From Eledone cirrhosa (taxonomy: Eukaryota): a stretch of DNA of 64,000 nucleotides. A program made the position numbers and the translations under genes. The notes under the pieces are model-generated. The model had not been told where the DNA came from, ran no database searches, and saw nothing but the letters and a program-made list of their open reading frames with translations. Shown piece after piece: positions 41,154 through 54,271 of this stretch. Every line of letters starts with the position of its first letter. Position 1 is the stretch's first letter. The stretch spans positions 30,690,001 through 30,754,000 of the forward strand of contig OZ024749.1 of assembly GCA_964016885.1 (NCBI GenBank), read 5' to 3'.

Positions 41154-41206
41154 GAGAGAGAGAGCGAGAGAGAGATAATATATATATACATATACATATA
41201 TATATA

Positions 41207-41248
<42 letters not shown>

Positions 41249-41283
41249 CTCTCTCTCGCTCTCTCTCTATATATACACACATA

Positions 41284-41325
<42 letters not shown>

Positions 41326-41370
41326 TATATATATATAGAGAGAGAGGGAGAGAGAGAGAGAGGTAATATA
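40690..41370. repeat. Higher-order compound microsatellite of palindromic (GA)n-(AT)n-(TC)n units
   Basis: gagcgagagagagataatat...atattatctctctctcgctc repeated 3-4 times. Confidence 0.85.
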
Positions 41371-41760
41371 TATATTTTTTCCTTGATGTAATATCATTCA
41401 ATCCTTCTATTCAATCCTTCTATTCACATCAAACCACCATTAACACATCAATAATTAATTTACAAAATAAATTTATCAAGAATTATAAATGTTTACATTT
41501 ATTCATCCTAAAAATCTCTCAATCGAATCCAAATATCTTTTTTATTTTCCTTTTACAAATCAATTTTACAGCTAACAAATTGAAAACATGTCAAATAAAT
41601 CATTGATAAACATTCACGTATATTACAAAAAACATTCATGTATCAAATGATGATGATAGTTTATACCTTACAAACACACGTATACATTATCTGGTTCATC
41701 TATACAACCTACAAACACACTAGTGATACAAACACACATTGTAATATTATATACCTTACA

Positions 41761-41982
41761 AGGGCGCGGTGGGTTGGTAATATCGGTACAGAGTCGGACA
41801 ACATGCTTTATGGCATAGGGTTACGCCCCTTTACGATCTTAGTTCAAATCCTGCCGAGGCTAGCTTTGTCTGTCATCCTTACGGGGTTTATAAAATAAAG
41901 CACCTGTCACACACCGGGATCGATTTAATCTACTTTCGCCCCCCCCCTAAATTGTTGGCCTTGTGTTGAATCCAGAAACAAG
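41761..41982 (+). mobile_element. Diverged SINE family A copy (longer variant)
   Basis: ttggtaatatcgg...gttcaaatcc...ttggccttgtg...agaaacaa. Confidence 0.85.
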
Positions 41983-42163
41983 TTTTATACACCAAAGAAT
42001 CACACATGCTTATCTATACACCTTACAAATTCTCATATATCATGTTAATCTATACCTCTTACAAACACACATGGTAAACTTATACGAAATGCAAACACAC
42101 ATGTATATAATATCATAGTAATATTATACAAAATACAAACACACACGCATGAATGTATATATA

Positions 42164-43695
42164 TATGAAAGACGTAAAATAAGAAAATTGTAAAAATTAA
42201 CTTACTTACTAAAATTTCACTCCAACTAATTAGTTTCTGAAAGGGAATAAACATGGATTCCGAAGAAGCGCACGGAGAAATCCTTTCGTCATCAGGGAAG
42301 TCTATTCTCAGCTAAGTTCCCAGGCAATGCGTGGACACAGGGAACTTATACAAAAATAATTCAGTTGATGGAAAAAAGCAAAGCGTGGACTAAGTTGCAA
42401 GACATTGAAAAAATCACTGTCTACTCGGTCGGTGGCAAATTCAAAAGAATCAATCACGTGACATCGAGGTTAATCAGTGAGGAGTTGTGTGTTAAGAAGA
42501 CAGGAGCCGAACCATTACTATGAACTACAGTAGCAGTTTTGGCAAATTTTTGCTCAACAAAATAATTTGGAGATAATTATAAAGAATTAGTATATCTACT
42601 AACATATATATACAGATGCATACCTATGCCAGCAAATATATAGGTTTTGTCTTAGTAAATTTGCCAAATTTGCCAAAACTGCTACTGTAGTTCATAGTAA
42701 TGGTTCGGCTGCTGTCTTCTTAACACACAACTCCTCACTGATTAACCTCGATGTCACGTGATTGATTCTTTTGAATTTGCCACCGACCGAGTAGGCAGTG
42801 ACTTTTTCAATGTCTTGGAACTTAGTCCACGCTTTGCTTTTTTCCATCCACTGAATTATTTTTGTATAAGTTCCCCGTGTCCACGCATTGCCTGGGAACT
42901 TAGCTGAGAATAGACTTCGCTGATGACGAAAGGATTTCTCCGTGGGTTTCTTCGGAAACCATGTTTATTCCCTTTCAGAAACTAATTAGTTGGAGTGAAA
43001 TTTTAGTAAGTAAGTTAATTTTTACAATTTTCTTATTTTACGTCTTTCATATTATTGTTCTGCATCCCCTTGCATTGAACCACAAAGTTACTAAGAAAAA
43101 ACCTATATATTTGCTGGCATAGGTATGCATCTGTATATATATGTTAGTAGATATACTAATTCTTCATAATTATCTCCAAATTATTTAAGAGCAAAAATTT
43201 GCCAAAACTGCTACTGTAGTTCATAGTAATGGTTCGTCTGTTGTCTTCTTAACACACCACTCCTCACTGATTAATCTCGATGTCACGTGATTGATTCTTT
43301 TGAATTTGCCACCGACCGAGTAGCCAGTGATTTTTTCAATGTCTTGGAACTTAGTCCACGCTTTGCTTTTTTCCATCCACTGAATTATTTTTGTATAAGT
43401 TCCCTGTGTCCACGCATTGCCTGGGAACTTAGCTGAGAATAGACTTCCCTGATGATGAAAGGATTTCTCCGTGCGTTTCTTCGGAAACCATGTTTATTCC
43501 CTTTCAGAAACTAATTAGTTGGAGCGAAATTTTAGTAAGTAAGTTAATTTTTACAATTTTCTTTGTTACGTCTTTCATATTATTGTTCTGCATCCCCTTG
43601 CATTGAACCACAAAGTTACTAAGGTAAAACCTATATATATGCTGGTATAGGTATGCATCTGTGTTTAAATGTTAGTAGATATACTAATTCTTTAT
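42164..43695. repeat. 529-bp unit: one inverted, permuted copy (42164-42658) followed by two tandem direct copies (42667-43195, 43196-43695)
   Basis: CTGATGA at 42920 and 43449 gives the period. The left copy is the reverse complement of ~43088-43580. Confidence 0.92.
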
Positions 43696-43891
43696 ATATA
43701 TATATATAGGTGTGTTGACTAAATTAAATGTTAAAGAAAAAGAAAAAATGGAAATTTATTTTAACACTTATGTATTTATACATTGAATTGCTGCTGATAG
43801 AAATCTGTCATACATAGTCACATGCAAGCTATGTGTGCGTAGTAAGCTATCTAACTACATGACCTTTGTACCTCGATTTGCTGTTTCCTTG

Positions 43892-43946
<55 letters not shown>

Positions 43947-44125
43947 TAACCTGTTTTGCTTGCTTCGATTTTTTGGCTCCGGTGGCTGATAGTTTTCACT
44001 TTGTTTGGCCTCTATAACGTATGTTAATTGCTCTGGTCTTCCTTTAGTCCATTGAGCGCTTGCCGCATATCTCGAAAATTGCGTTTCGCTTTGTTTTTCA
44101 CCACAGTCGAAATACATTCTCGCTG

Positions 44126-44191
<66 letters not shown>

Positions 44192-44323
44192 GTAGGAGGT
44201 GAGTAATATTGTAGAACAATAAAACTATGAATATATCAGATAAGTAGCACTCAACAGTTGGTAGAACTGGAGTATATATTAAAGAAGATATTAAAAGATG
44301 ATTAAGCAAGTTTGTTTATATAT

Positions 44324-44390
<67 letters not shown>

Positions 44391-44755
44391 TAGCAGTCAC
44401 AAGCATCGATAGCCGCGAACAACCACAACATATGTAATAATTACTAATTAATAACTTGAAATGCGATGATGATCACGACGATGATGACGATGACGATGAT
44501 GATGATGATGATGATGGTGATGAAATAATGAACGAGAAAATATAGCCAGAAAAGAAAGAATATTCTATGATTTGAAATTATTAAGGTAACGCCGCGTAGA
44601 AAGATGTTAGATATGACGTCTCAGGCTACGTACTTCCTCGGGAAAGCAGAAAAAAGGAAAGAAAAATGGAAAAATCGAGAAAAGAACGAGAAATAATGAA
44701 ACTGGCGTATATATTAAGAGTAAATATATTATAGTATATATATAATTATATACAT

Positions 44756-44843
<88 letters not shown>

Positions 44844-45116
44844 ATATATATATAAATATATATATGTTCGTGTGTGTTTGTGCGCGCGTGTGTGTGTATG
44901 TGTATTATATTTATATATATATATATTATATCGAGTGCGTTTTTACTCGTAAACCATGCAGTAAAATGATGAAAAAACCCTACTACAACTACTATTACTA
45001 CTACTACTACTACTACTACAACTACTGCTGCTGCTGTTGCTGCTGCTGCTGATAATGTTGATGATGATGATACTATTGTTGCTTCTGCTCCTACTACTGC
45101 TGCTGCTAATATTAAT

Positions 45117-45300
45117 AATTGTTTCTACTTTAGGCACAAGGCCAGCAATTGCCCAGTAAATTACTGATAGTTTATTTTATCGACCCCGTAAGGATGAAAG
45201 GCAAAGTTAACCTCGGCGGGATTTGAACTCAGATCGTAAAGGGACGTAACTATGCTGGAAAGCATGGCGCCCGACCCTCTACCGATACTGCCAATTCACC
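45117..45300 (-). mobile_element. SINE family A
   Basis: Same sequence as 4258-4447. Confidence 0.92.
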
Positions 45301-45692
45301 GAATAATGATATCCTATATTGACTAGAATGATGCACTATGTTGGGGAATAAAACACATTACAAAATGCCAAAAAAGGAATCTATACGGATCTTTCTTTAC
45401 ATCTAGTAAAGAGAAGGGAGAATGAAACAAGGAATATAATTAATAATTGCAATGGCGTTATGACTTGAATTGACATCCCTAAAGGGAATGGTGTGTCTTG
45501 ACGTCTCAACAGGCATGGCGTCTTTCTTGAAACACTCTTACACTACAAACTGAAATGAGTTCATTAGCAAAAATATATTTACCTTTCATATAATAGTTTC
45601 CCCGACTGACAACGTTATTCCTAAATAAAGCCTAATAATAAAGGATGTAAGCTATATGAAAGTAACAATGAAGGGACAAAAGGCATTGATAA

Positions 45693-45729
<37 letters not shown>

Positions 45730-45767
45730 TTTTTTAAATTTATTTATATATATCACCTCTATTCTTT

Positions 45768-45841
<74 letters not shown>

Positions 45842-45855
45842 TAAATATATGTATA

Positions 45856-45897
<42 letters not shown>

Positions 45898-45899
<2 letters not shown>

Positions 45900-46311
45900 T
45901 TGTGTATAATGGTAGCTATGGTGCTTCCATAGGCGGTATGCCAAAATTAGCAATCAATATTCATACAGAGTAGAGTGTGGATAGTATAAAAAAACGAAAA
46001 ATCAGTGGTGCATCTGGACTCAGTTTATTGCGTGTTACGATTGTTTCGCGGGCAGGTAGCTCGAGACATGATCACTGTATGGATCTGGCTGATTCTACGG
46101 CTGCAGGTTCCTTCGGACATGGGTAGTTCGTTCGGATAGTTCGTAGTGACAAAGTTTGCTCCTAACGAACTACCCGTGTGCGAAGGAACCTGCAGCCGTA
46201 GAATCAGCCAGATCCATACAGTGATCATGTCTCGAGCTACCTGCCGGCGAAACAATCGTAACACGCAATAAACTGAGTCCAGATGCATCACTGATTTTTC
46301 GTTTTTTATAC

Positions 46312-46314
<3 letters not shown>
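45898..46314. mobile_element. Fold-back insertion in (AT)n, ~155-bp near-perfect arms (45981-46136 / 46160-46314)
   Basis: Direct reverse-complement match with few mismatches and a 23-nt spacer. Confidence 0.85.
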
Positions 46315-46342
<28 letters not shown>

Positions 46343-46508
46343 ATATATATATATTGGAAATGAGTAAGATCCTTAGTACAGTTAGGTATATTTGAAAAAA
46401 AGGAAAGCATTGACTTCACCTGTAGTGTTAAAAGATTTAATTTAATTTTATAATATTATAATATAATATTATAAAATTAAATAAGTGACGTCATTCTTTT
46501 CCTTTTTT

Positions 46509-46543
<35 letters not shown>

Positions 46544-46578
46544 TCACGTATATTCTTACATACATAGACACACATATA

Positions 46579-46616
<38 letters not shown>

Positions 46617-46729
46617 CACACATGAATATATACACATGAATATGCACACATACATAGACACACACACATACACACTGAAACTCAATGCATAATTACGTTG
46701 TGCTTTTTTACCTTACATAATGTACAATA

Positions 46730-47290
46730 ATACTACCACAATAACACCAGTATGACACCACCACCACTCCACCACCATAATCGCCACCTACACCAGAACC
46801 AGCACCAAAATCAGCACCACCAATACCACCACCACCCCAACACCACCACCACTACCACCACCACCACCACCAATACCACGCCCACACCACTATAACCCCC
46901 ACTAACCCCAGAACCAGCACCAGCCTCCACCCCCACAACTGGTACCACCACCACCAACACCACAACCACCAAATCACCAACACCACCACCAGCATCACCA
47001 CCACCAATACGACACAAACGTAACCAACTCCACCACCACAAACGTAACCAACTCCACCACAACAGTCGCCGATGTCATCGCCACCATTTTCAACACCACC
47101 ACCACCACCACCATGACACTAACGCAACCTTCTCCACGTCCATTCAAACCAGTACCACTATCACCACTACCACATTAAAACCACTACCACAGTCGCCACT
47201 ACCTCATTAAAACCGCTACCACTGACACCGATGCGATCGCCACCATTTAGACCCCCTCCACCGTCAACACGAGCATCAACATTAGCAACA
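46730..47290. repeat. Degenerate (ACC)n low-complexity tract
   Basis: Read directly; a similar tract lies at 15830-16365. Confidence 0.85.
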
Positions 47291-47674
47291 CCAATAATAA
47301 GAATAACGTAAAGAAAGAAGTGAATGTGTGGTCAATATGTCTGATTTTTTAATTGATAATATGTCTTTCCGCCATCTTAAGTAAGGTCATCCATGTTGGT
47401 TTTGTCAGTCATTATCACCAGCCGTCATTGCTAGACACGACACAACAGATTGTTTGAACACGTGTTCACCAATGATGTTCAGGAAAAGTGATATTCAGCG
47501 TGTGACTGTGTGTATGTCGGTATTTATGTGCGTGTGCATGTGTGCGTGTGTGTGGATGTATGTGTGTGTGTGCCTGTGTGTGTGTAGTGTGATCGTGAGT
47601 GTATATGTTTGCGTTTGCAAACGTATAAACGTACATATATGCATAAATGTATATATACACACTTACGTATATAT

Positions 47675-47727
<53 letters not shown>

Positions 47728-47991
47728 AATATATATATGTGTGTGTGTGTGTGTATGTGTGTGTGTATATATATGTGTGTGTGTGTCTGTCTGAGATTGT
47801 GCCTGTGAGTGTGACTGTGTTTCTAAGTGAGTGTGTATGTACCTGTGTTTGTACACGTATATACGAGTATATATGTATAAATATATATACATACTTATAT
47901 CCGTTTGCATCTGTGCTTAGAGAGAGCGTCCGGAAGAGTAGGGAGAAAGAATAAGACAGAGAGAGATAGAGAGAGAGAGAGACATTTACAT

Positions 47992-48055
<64 letters not shown>

Positions 48056-48382
48056 ATTCATATAGGCATATATCCAATTTTTATTTGGTGGTACACCTCA
48101 TTCTATTTATTTTAACTTTAATGCTCTTTTATGTTTTACTTTCAAACAAATTAAAGAAAACAGCATAAAACATTGAAACTATATTCCTTACATGTGTACA
48201 GTGTTGTTTGTCTGTGAAGTTGTCCTTTTGTTTTTCTCAGTTCGGTCATAGAATGTGACAGAGTGACACATCAAACATCTTGCTTCTGCTATCTAGCGTT
48301 AATTGGTTACTTAGAATTGAAGAAAAAATAAATCGAATAGAATAAGATTAGAGAAAATAAACAAATGAATAAATATATAATG

Positions 48383-48437
<55 letters not shown>

Positions 48438-48580
48438 GTGCATATGTGCACGTACATATGTAGATATATATATGTTTATATACATATATATATATATACA
48501 TATATACGTGCATATGTGTATGTATAAATATATATACATATGTATGTATATGCGTATATATACATAAATATATATATGTA

Positions 48581-48696
<116 letters not shown>

Positions 48697-48919
48697 TACA
48701 TACATACATATACACACACACACACATATATACATATATATATATATATAAGCGATTCAATTAGTAATGAACCTGTAACTAGCACACTCTCGCTGGTAAT
48801 AGATAGATAGACAGCCGGATAGAGAGATAGAGGAAAATACTGATAAGCATGGAATTAATACATGTGTGTGTATATATATACAGTCTATTTCTCTCTCTCT
48901 CTCGCTCTCCCTCTCTTTC

Positions 48920-48970
<51 letters not shown>

Positions 48971-49257
48971 GTATATGATTGTGTGTGTTTGAAGAAAATG
49001 TTAGCAGCGATAGCAACACATTAACAAACACAGATTCACTTATGTACACATATATAAAGATATATACATCTATGTACACCCTCCTATCCTGCGTGGACAC
49101 TTGCGATGCATTTTCATTGAAAACAGAGGAACTTTTTAACGCTTGAAAAGCTTTGAAATTAATTAGAATGTTACCATGTTGTGACACATTCTGACAATAT
49201 CTTGGCTCTAAATATTTATTTAAGTCCTTTATAAACACAATTTCACTACTTTTATTA

Positions 49258-49298
<41 letters not shown>

Positions 49299-49513
49299 GG
49301 CGCCCTACGTAGTAAATCGTATCATCGTGAGCTCCGCAAAGGTTTGTTATTTTCAGTTGTTTATAATTGCCGTTTATGGAAAGTTTTTATTGTTAACTGT
49401 ATATAAGAAAACATACATTGATTTCTGAAAAGGACACTCAAAAATATTGGGGCCTTGAGCCCAAAATTTATACTTTTTATAATTATCAAACAAACATTTT
49501 TCTTTGAAAAATA

Positions 49514-51463
49514 ATGGATGACTCAGAGTCACTCCTTCCTCACAATCTAACAACTCACACCGACACCACCATTGTAAATATTGCTACGTTTGCCAACACT
49601 GGAAATGTAAGCAGTAGCAATATTTTAAATTTACTCAGGGAGACGTTCATTTCCCGCCATTATCAATGACTGCAGGTGTTAAAGCCGCCACCACAACCAC
49701 CACCGCGACAACCCCCCCCCCACCACCACAGCGACAACAGAAACAAAAGAAAAAAATAATTTAACTCGTGATACCGAAATGAATTCAACCAAAATGAACT
49801 CTCCCACACCGAACACCACTGACGCCACCACCACCACAACTAAAACTAAAATTAACAATAGCAAAAATAACGATAACAACAACAGCAACAATGAAATTAA
49901 GAAGACTACCGTGAGTTTTGCCAGAGTAGCAAAAACGTGCGAAGCTATCCAGGTAACTCAGGAGGAATTAGAAGAAGCCAAAGGAATGGTAAAGAAAGAT
50001 GGGTACAGGGTCAGCCCCCACCCCCCCCACACACACCTAATACAATGGAGCAACGTCGCCTATGCACCGTGTCTTATAGGACAATTAACATAAAATCGCG
50101 CCGAGTGGAACCGGCATCCGAGTCCCAAATCCATACACCTTTGGGACGTGTGTGGGCAAACAAAAACCCACATCAGACGTGGGCAGAAGTATGGAACCGT
50201 GGACGTGTTCTTTGAAACACCACAGGAGGCCAGAGAACACTCCGTGGCCCCATTAAGAAGTGACGACTTCACACTCGTCCCAAGCTATTGTGGCCAGAGA
50301 CTTGTGAGGATCAGGGTGACCCACGTTCCACCGGCCATCAACATTCCATGGCTAATGGCTGCCGTCCTCGCCGGCATCGAGGCCAACATAATTGAAATAG
50401 CGAAAGAAAAGCAGGAGAACTCGTCCGGATCTAGGATGGAGCTCCTGATCCAAGCGGACCATAAAAGCATTGAGGAGATCCCAGAGGTAATAGACCTCAC
50501 TGACGGCAGCCACCTCACCGTAATCGTCGAGGGCAGAACACCTAGGTGTGTCGTTTGTGGTGAAGGAACCCATCTAAGGGCTTTTTGCCCTCAGGCTAAA
50601 AGGTTGAGGCCACCTCTCTTACCCACCCCAGTGACTCAACCATCAACACCACCAGCAGCAGAAATGGCAGCAACAACAGTAGCAGCAACAACAGAAACAA
50701 CTGTAACAGCAACAACCCAGCAACAGTAGCAAAACCAACACCACCACCACCCAACGCGCCAGAATTAGCACCAGCGCCTACACCATCCACCACGCCACAA
50801 CCAAAACCAACGCCTGTGGAGGATTTTCCACTCCCCGGCTTATCGCAACTGGAGACAGATTGTGACGACGAGGAGTGGGAAACGGTATCAGGAAAAAAGA
50901 AAGAAAGAAACCAAAAAAGAAAAAATTCTCTTCCTTCCCCCTTCAAAAACAAAATACAGAGGGAAACAAATAAATTATCAAACAAAAAAGTTAGGACAGA
51001 TATGCCACCATCCACACCAGCATCACCAACCCCATCACCACAAACACCAACACCATCACCATCATTAACCCCACCACCACCATCACCAACACCACAAAAG
51101 TCACCAAAAAGCGTAACAGAAACAAACCCACAACAAACGCAAACAAAACAAAACAATCAAAACAATACACACTACACAGCATTAAATTTTAACAACAACC
51201 AATTATTACACTACATGCAACACAACACCAGCATCACAGCAAAAGACTACACAACAACCCAAAAGTTCACACCCCCTCCACACATACAAATCACTCGCAT
51301 CACACAGAAAACATACACGACACGAAAACAAAAATTCCCCAAAGACATCGGAGACTTCCGACAAACACTCTCCAGGAGGATTTATAAGGACATCCTTCCG
51401 GAGAAGGCCACAAGCAGTGAAAAGGATGGACAAGCCATCCTTCCTCTACGAGAAGTAAGGTAA
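49514..51463 (+). pseudogene. ORF1 (gag-like zinc knuckle, Pro/Thr-rich), frameshifted
   Basis: Pieces 49779-50093, 50148-50729 (CVVCGEGTHLRAFC) and 50816-51463. Confidence 0.75.
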
Positions 51464-51497
51464 GTGGTCTTTCCCAACTTTTCCACTCTATTTCAAC

Positions 51498-54034
51498 ATG
51501 ACCTCACTCAGAATAGGCTGCATAAATGCGCGTGGCTTGGGGTCGTCATGGAAGCAGGGCCACCTGCTCAACGACCTCAGGTCACTAAACATAGATGTAG
51601 TGGCCATCAGCGAGACCAGAATCTCCGAAGCACGGGCCTTCACACCGATCTTCGGCGGCTACGATGTGTACGCATCTCCCAGCCGTCCGGGACCGGGGGG
51701 AGGAGTTGCTGTGCTTTTTCGGAGAGGTTTAGATCTCGCCATACGGGCCATCTTCCTGGACCCAGAAGGTAGTTTGGTGGTGCTAGACGTGACCAGCGGA
51801 GACGGGCAAGCTTTCAGGCTAGTGGCCGTCTATGCCCTGACAGAAGCAGGGCGGCCTGATTTCTTCCGGCGTCTGGAGACCTTTCTTGGAACGTCCCGCT
51901 CTTCAATGTTAGTGGGCGACTGGAACGGGATCTTAGATGCACGCTGGGACTGTGTGGGATTAGCGGATAGGGGAAGAGGGTGCAAGAGCCTCACCAACCT
52001 GCTCAGGCGTTTTGAACTGTCTGACAGGTACCGATTGGATTTCCCGAATGTGCCAATGTGGACTTGGACAAATTGCATAGGGTCATCCAGATCATATCTA
52101 GATAGAGTATTTTGTAGAGAAAAAATAGGTCTAGCATAGGCTGTCCACAATTCAAGATAGTCAGCTACACGGACCACAAATTCGTGATCTGTGTGCTTGA
52201 CTTAGATAGGCTTCATAGACGAGGATCCGGCTACTGGAAGCTAAACGCGTCCTTACCAGCGCGCAAGGCCTACAGAGACCGGATTAGCGAACTAGTTAAG
52301 CGGGCGTTGACGGGGGCCCGCTTCAACAACAAGTGGTGGTTTGCTCTGAAAAGAGCAATTAGAATAGAGTTCATTAGGTTTAGTAAGGCTTTAGCAATGG
52401 AGAAAAATAGAGCAGAGGGAAAATTAGTTAGAAAATTAGACGAGGCGCTTAGCAAAGGCATCGCGACCGACGTACTTGCGGCTAAATTGGACCTTGACCA
52501 ATTCTTCAATGCAAAGCACGAAGGCTGCGTTGTCAGAGCTAGGGTGCGTGCTCTCAGACACGAGGGGACGAAAGCCGTTCAATGGGCCCGAGTGGCGGAG
52601 GCGCGTTGTGGCAACAAAGCCACGATCCGGTATTTGGTGGACCATGACGGGCGCATGCTACTCGATCCCGGGCAAATGTGTGAAGCTTTTCAGCGACACT
52701 TCGCTCAGTTGTTCAGGGGCAGCGGCGGGCCGGATCGAGGGATGGACTTTATTGTCTACCTCGACGGACTGCTGCGGCTCTCGGCCACTGAGGCGGAGTG
52801 TTGCAGCAGGTCCATGCCGTCCAACAGCGTCGTCGGGCGCTGGACGAACGGACCAGTTAAATTGCTCGGGATCTGGTTCGGTCCCGATCTCCAGACGGAC
52901 AAAAACTGGGACGAGGTGACGAGCAGGGTGGCTTCTCTCACCCAGAAATGGTCCGAGAGGAAGCTATCCCTGAAAGGTCGAGCGGAGGTGACTAACGCAT
53001 ATATCACGTCCGTCATCTACTACCTCCTGACCGTCGTAACTTGTCCTAAGCCCCGCCTGACTGCGCTGGAGCGTTTGCGCTTTCGCTTCTTGTGGAAGGG
53101 ACGCGCTCCGATGGTCAGGCGGTCCATCTGCTGTCAACACCCTCTACGTGGAGGGCTGGGAATGCCGTGGCTGCTGATGTGCAGACACACGCTCAGGCTA
53201 CGACATCTCCACCTTTTCCTCGACGGTGATCAGGTGTGGTCTCCGTTTGCTAGACGCGTCTTTCTCCAGCTCGTCTCCTTGACGGAGCTGCAGTCCTGGG
53301 TCAAGCGAAGACCGAGAGGGAGCGCTTGGAGACTGGAATGTCTTCAGGCGCTCACAGCCCTCGACCAATCGGGCAATGTGATCGGTGGAAACTCCACCTT
53401 GGCGTTATATAGAGGATTAGTGGAGGGGAAGATGGACGACGTACTTGGAGAAACTCTAGGCGTCGACGAAAACCAACTAGCCAATCTCTTCGGAAAAACT
53501 TTCGGGCCGGGGCCTATGAACAACTTCCAGAAATCCCTGGCCTTGCAGTGCTATCGAGGAGCTTTGCCAGTTCGGGATAAACTCTACAGGCATGGAGGTG
53601 CCGTCAGCCGGGCATATCCGAGATGCGCGCTGGGCGAGGAAACCGTTCTGCACGCACTCGTCCAGTGTCCGAGCATTGCTGACTTGTGGGTTAATGTCGA
53701 ACACCTGCTGTCGCGTTTAGGACGGATCCAGCTATCAGCTGAGTCCATCGTGAGGATTGCCCCGCCCTCTTCAATTAGCCGGGAAGGGCAGGCAGTTTTT
53801 ATCTGTCTGGTGGCCATGGCGAAAGAGATAGTATGGTGGACACGTTTGAAAGGGCTGAAGACGAGCACTTACCTCTTCGGTGATGCCCTGATTAACTTTT
53901 TCAAATTTCATTTGAAAAAAAGGAAAATCAGGGTAGAGAGGGAAGTGCTCTCTTCCCAGCATTTTGTTGAAAGATGGTTGAAAGAAGCAAGTATGGCCCG
54001 TGTGAATGGGCCTACTCTGAGTATCTGTCTGTAA
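51498..54034 (+). pseudogene. ORF2: APE endonuclease (51498-~52190) fused to the post-RT C-terminus; RT core absent
   Basis: INARGL, ISET, GGGVAVL, VGDWN, WTW, YLDR, TDH, GYWKLN; then directly VKLLGIWF, W..RKLSLKGRA, GGLGMP. No YRPI, QG or YADD motifs. Confidence 0.88.
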
Positions 54035-54271
54035 ATTAAAGGTGGAAAACTGTGAGAGGGCACTTGCCCTGGTGGTCAGGGTCACTGTGGCTTTTGAATG
54101 GGCTTTCTCCACAAATGTCCCCTATTGGGGAATTTTTCATTGTAATTTTTATTACATCCTCTGTTTTTTTTACACGCAGAAATGCCCATTTGTACCGTCC
54201 TGTCTTGTCCTGTACTGTCCTTATGTAAACCCTTGTGGTTAATAAAGAAAGCATTATTATTATTATTATTA

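Larger units (their letters stand above)
49299..54252 (+). mobile_element. Full-length-ended Tx1/L1-clade non-LTR element in (TTA)n, with RT core deleted
   Basis: (TTA)n immediately upstream and downstream. ORF1 has a CX2CX4HX4C knuckle; ORF2 has an APE endonuclease and a Tx1-like C-terminus; aataaa at the 3' end. Confidence 0.92.
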
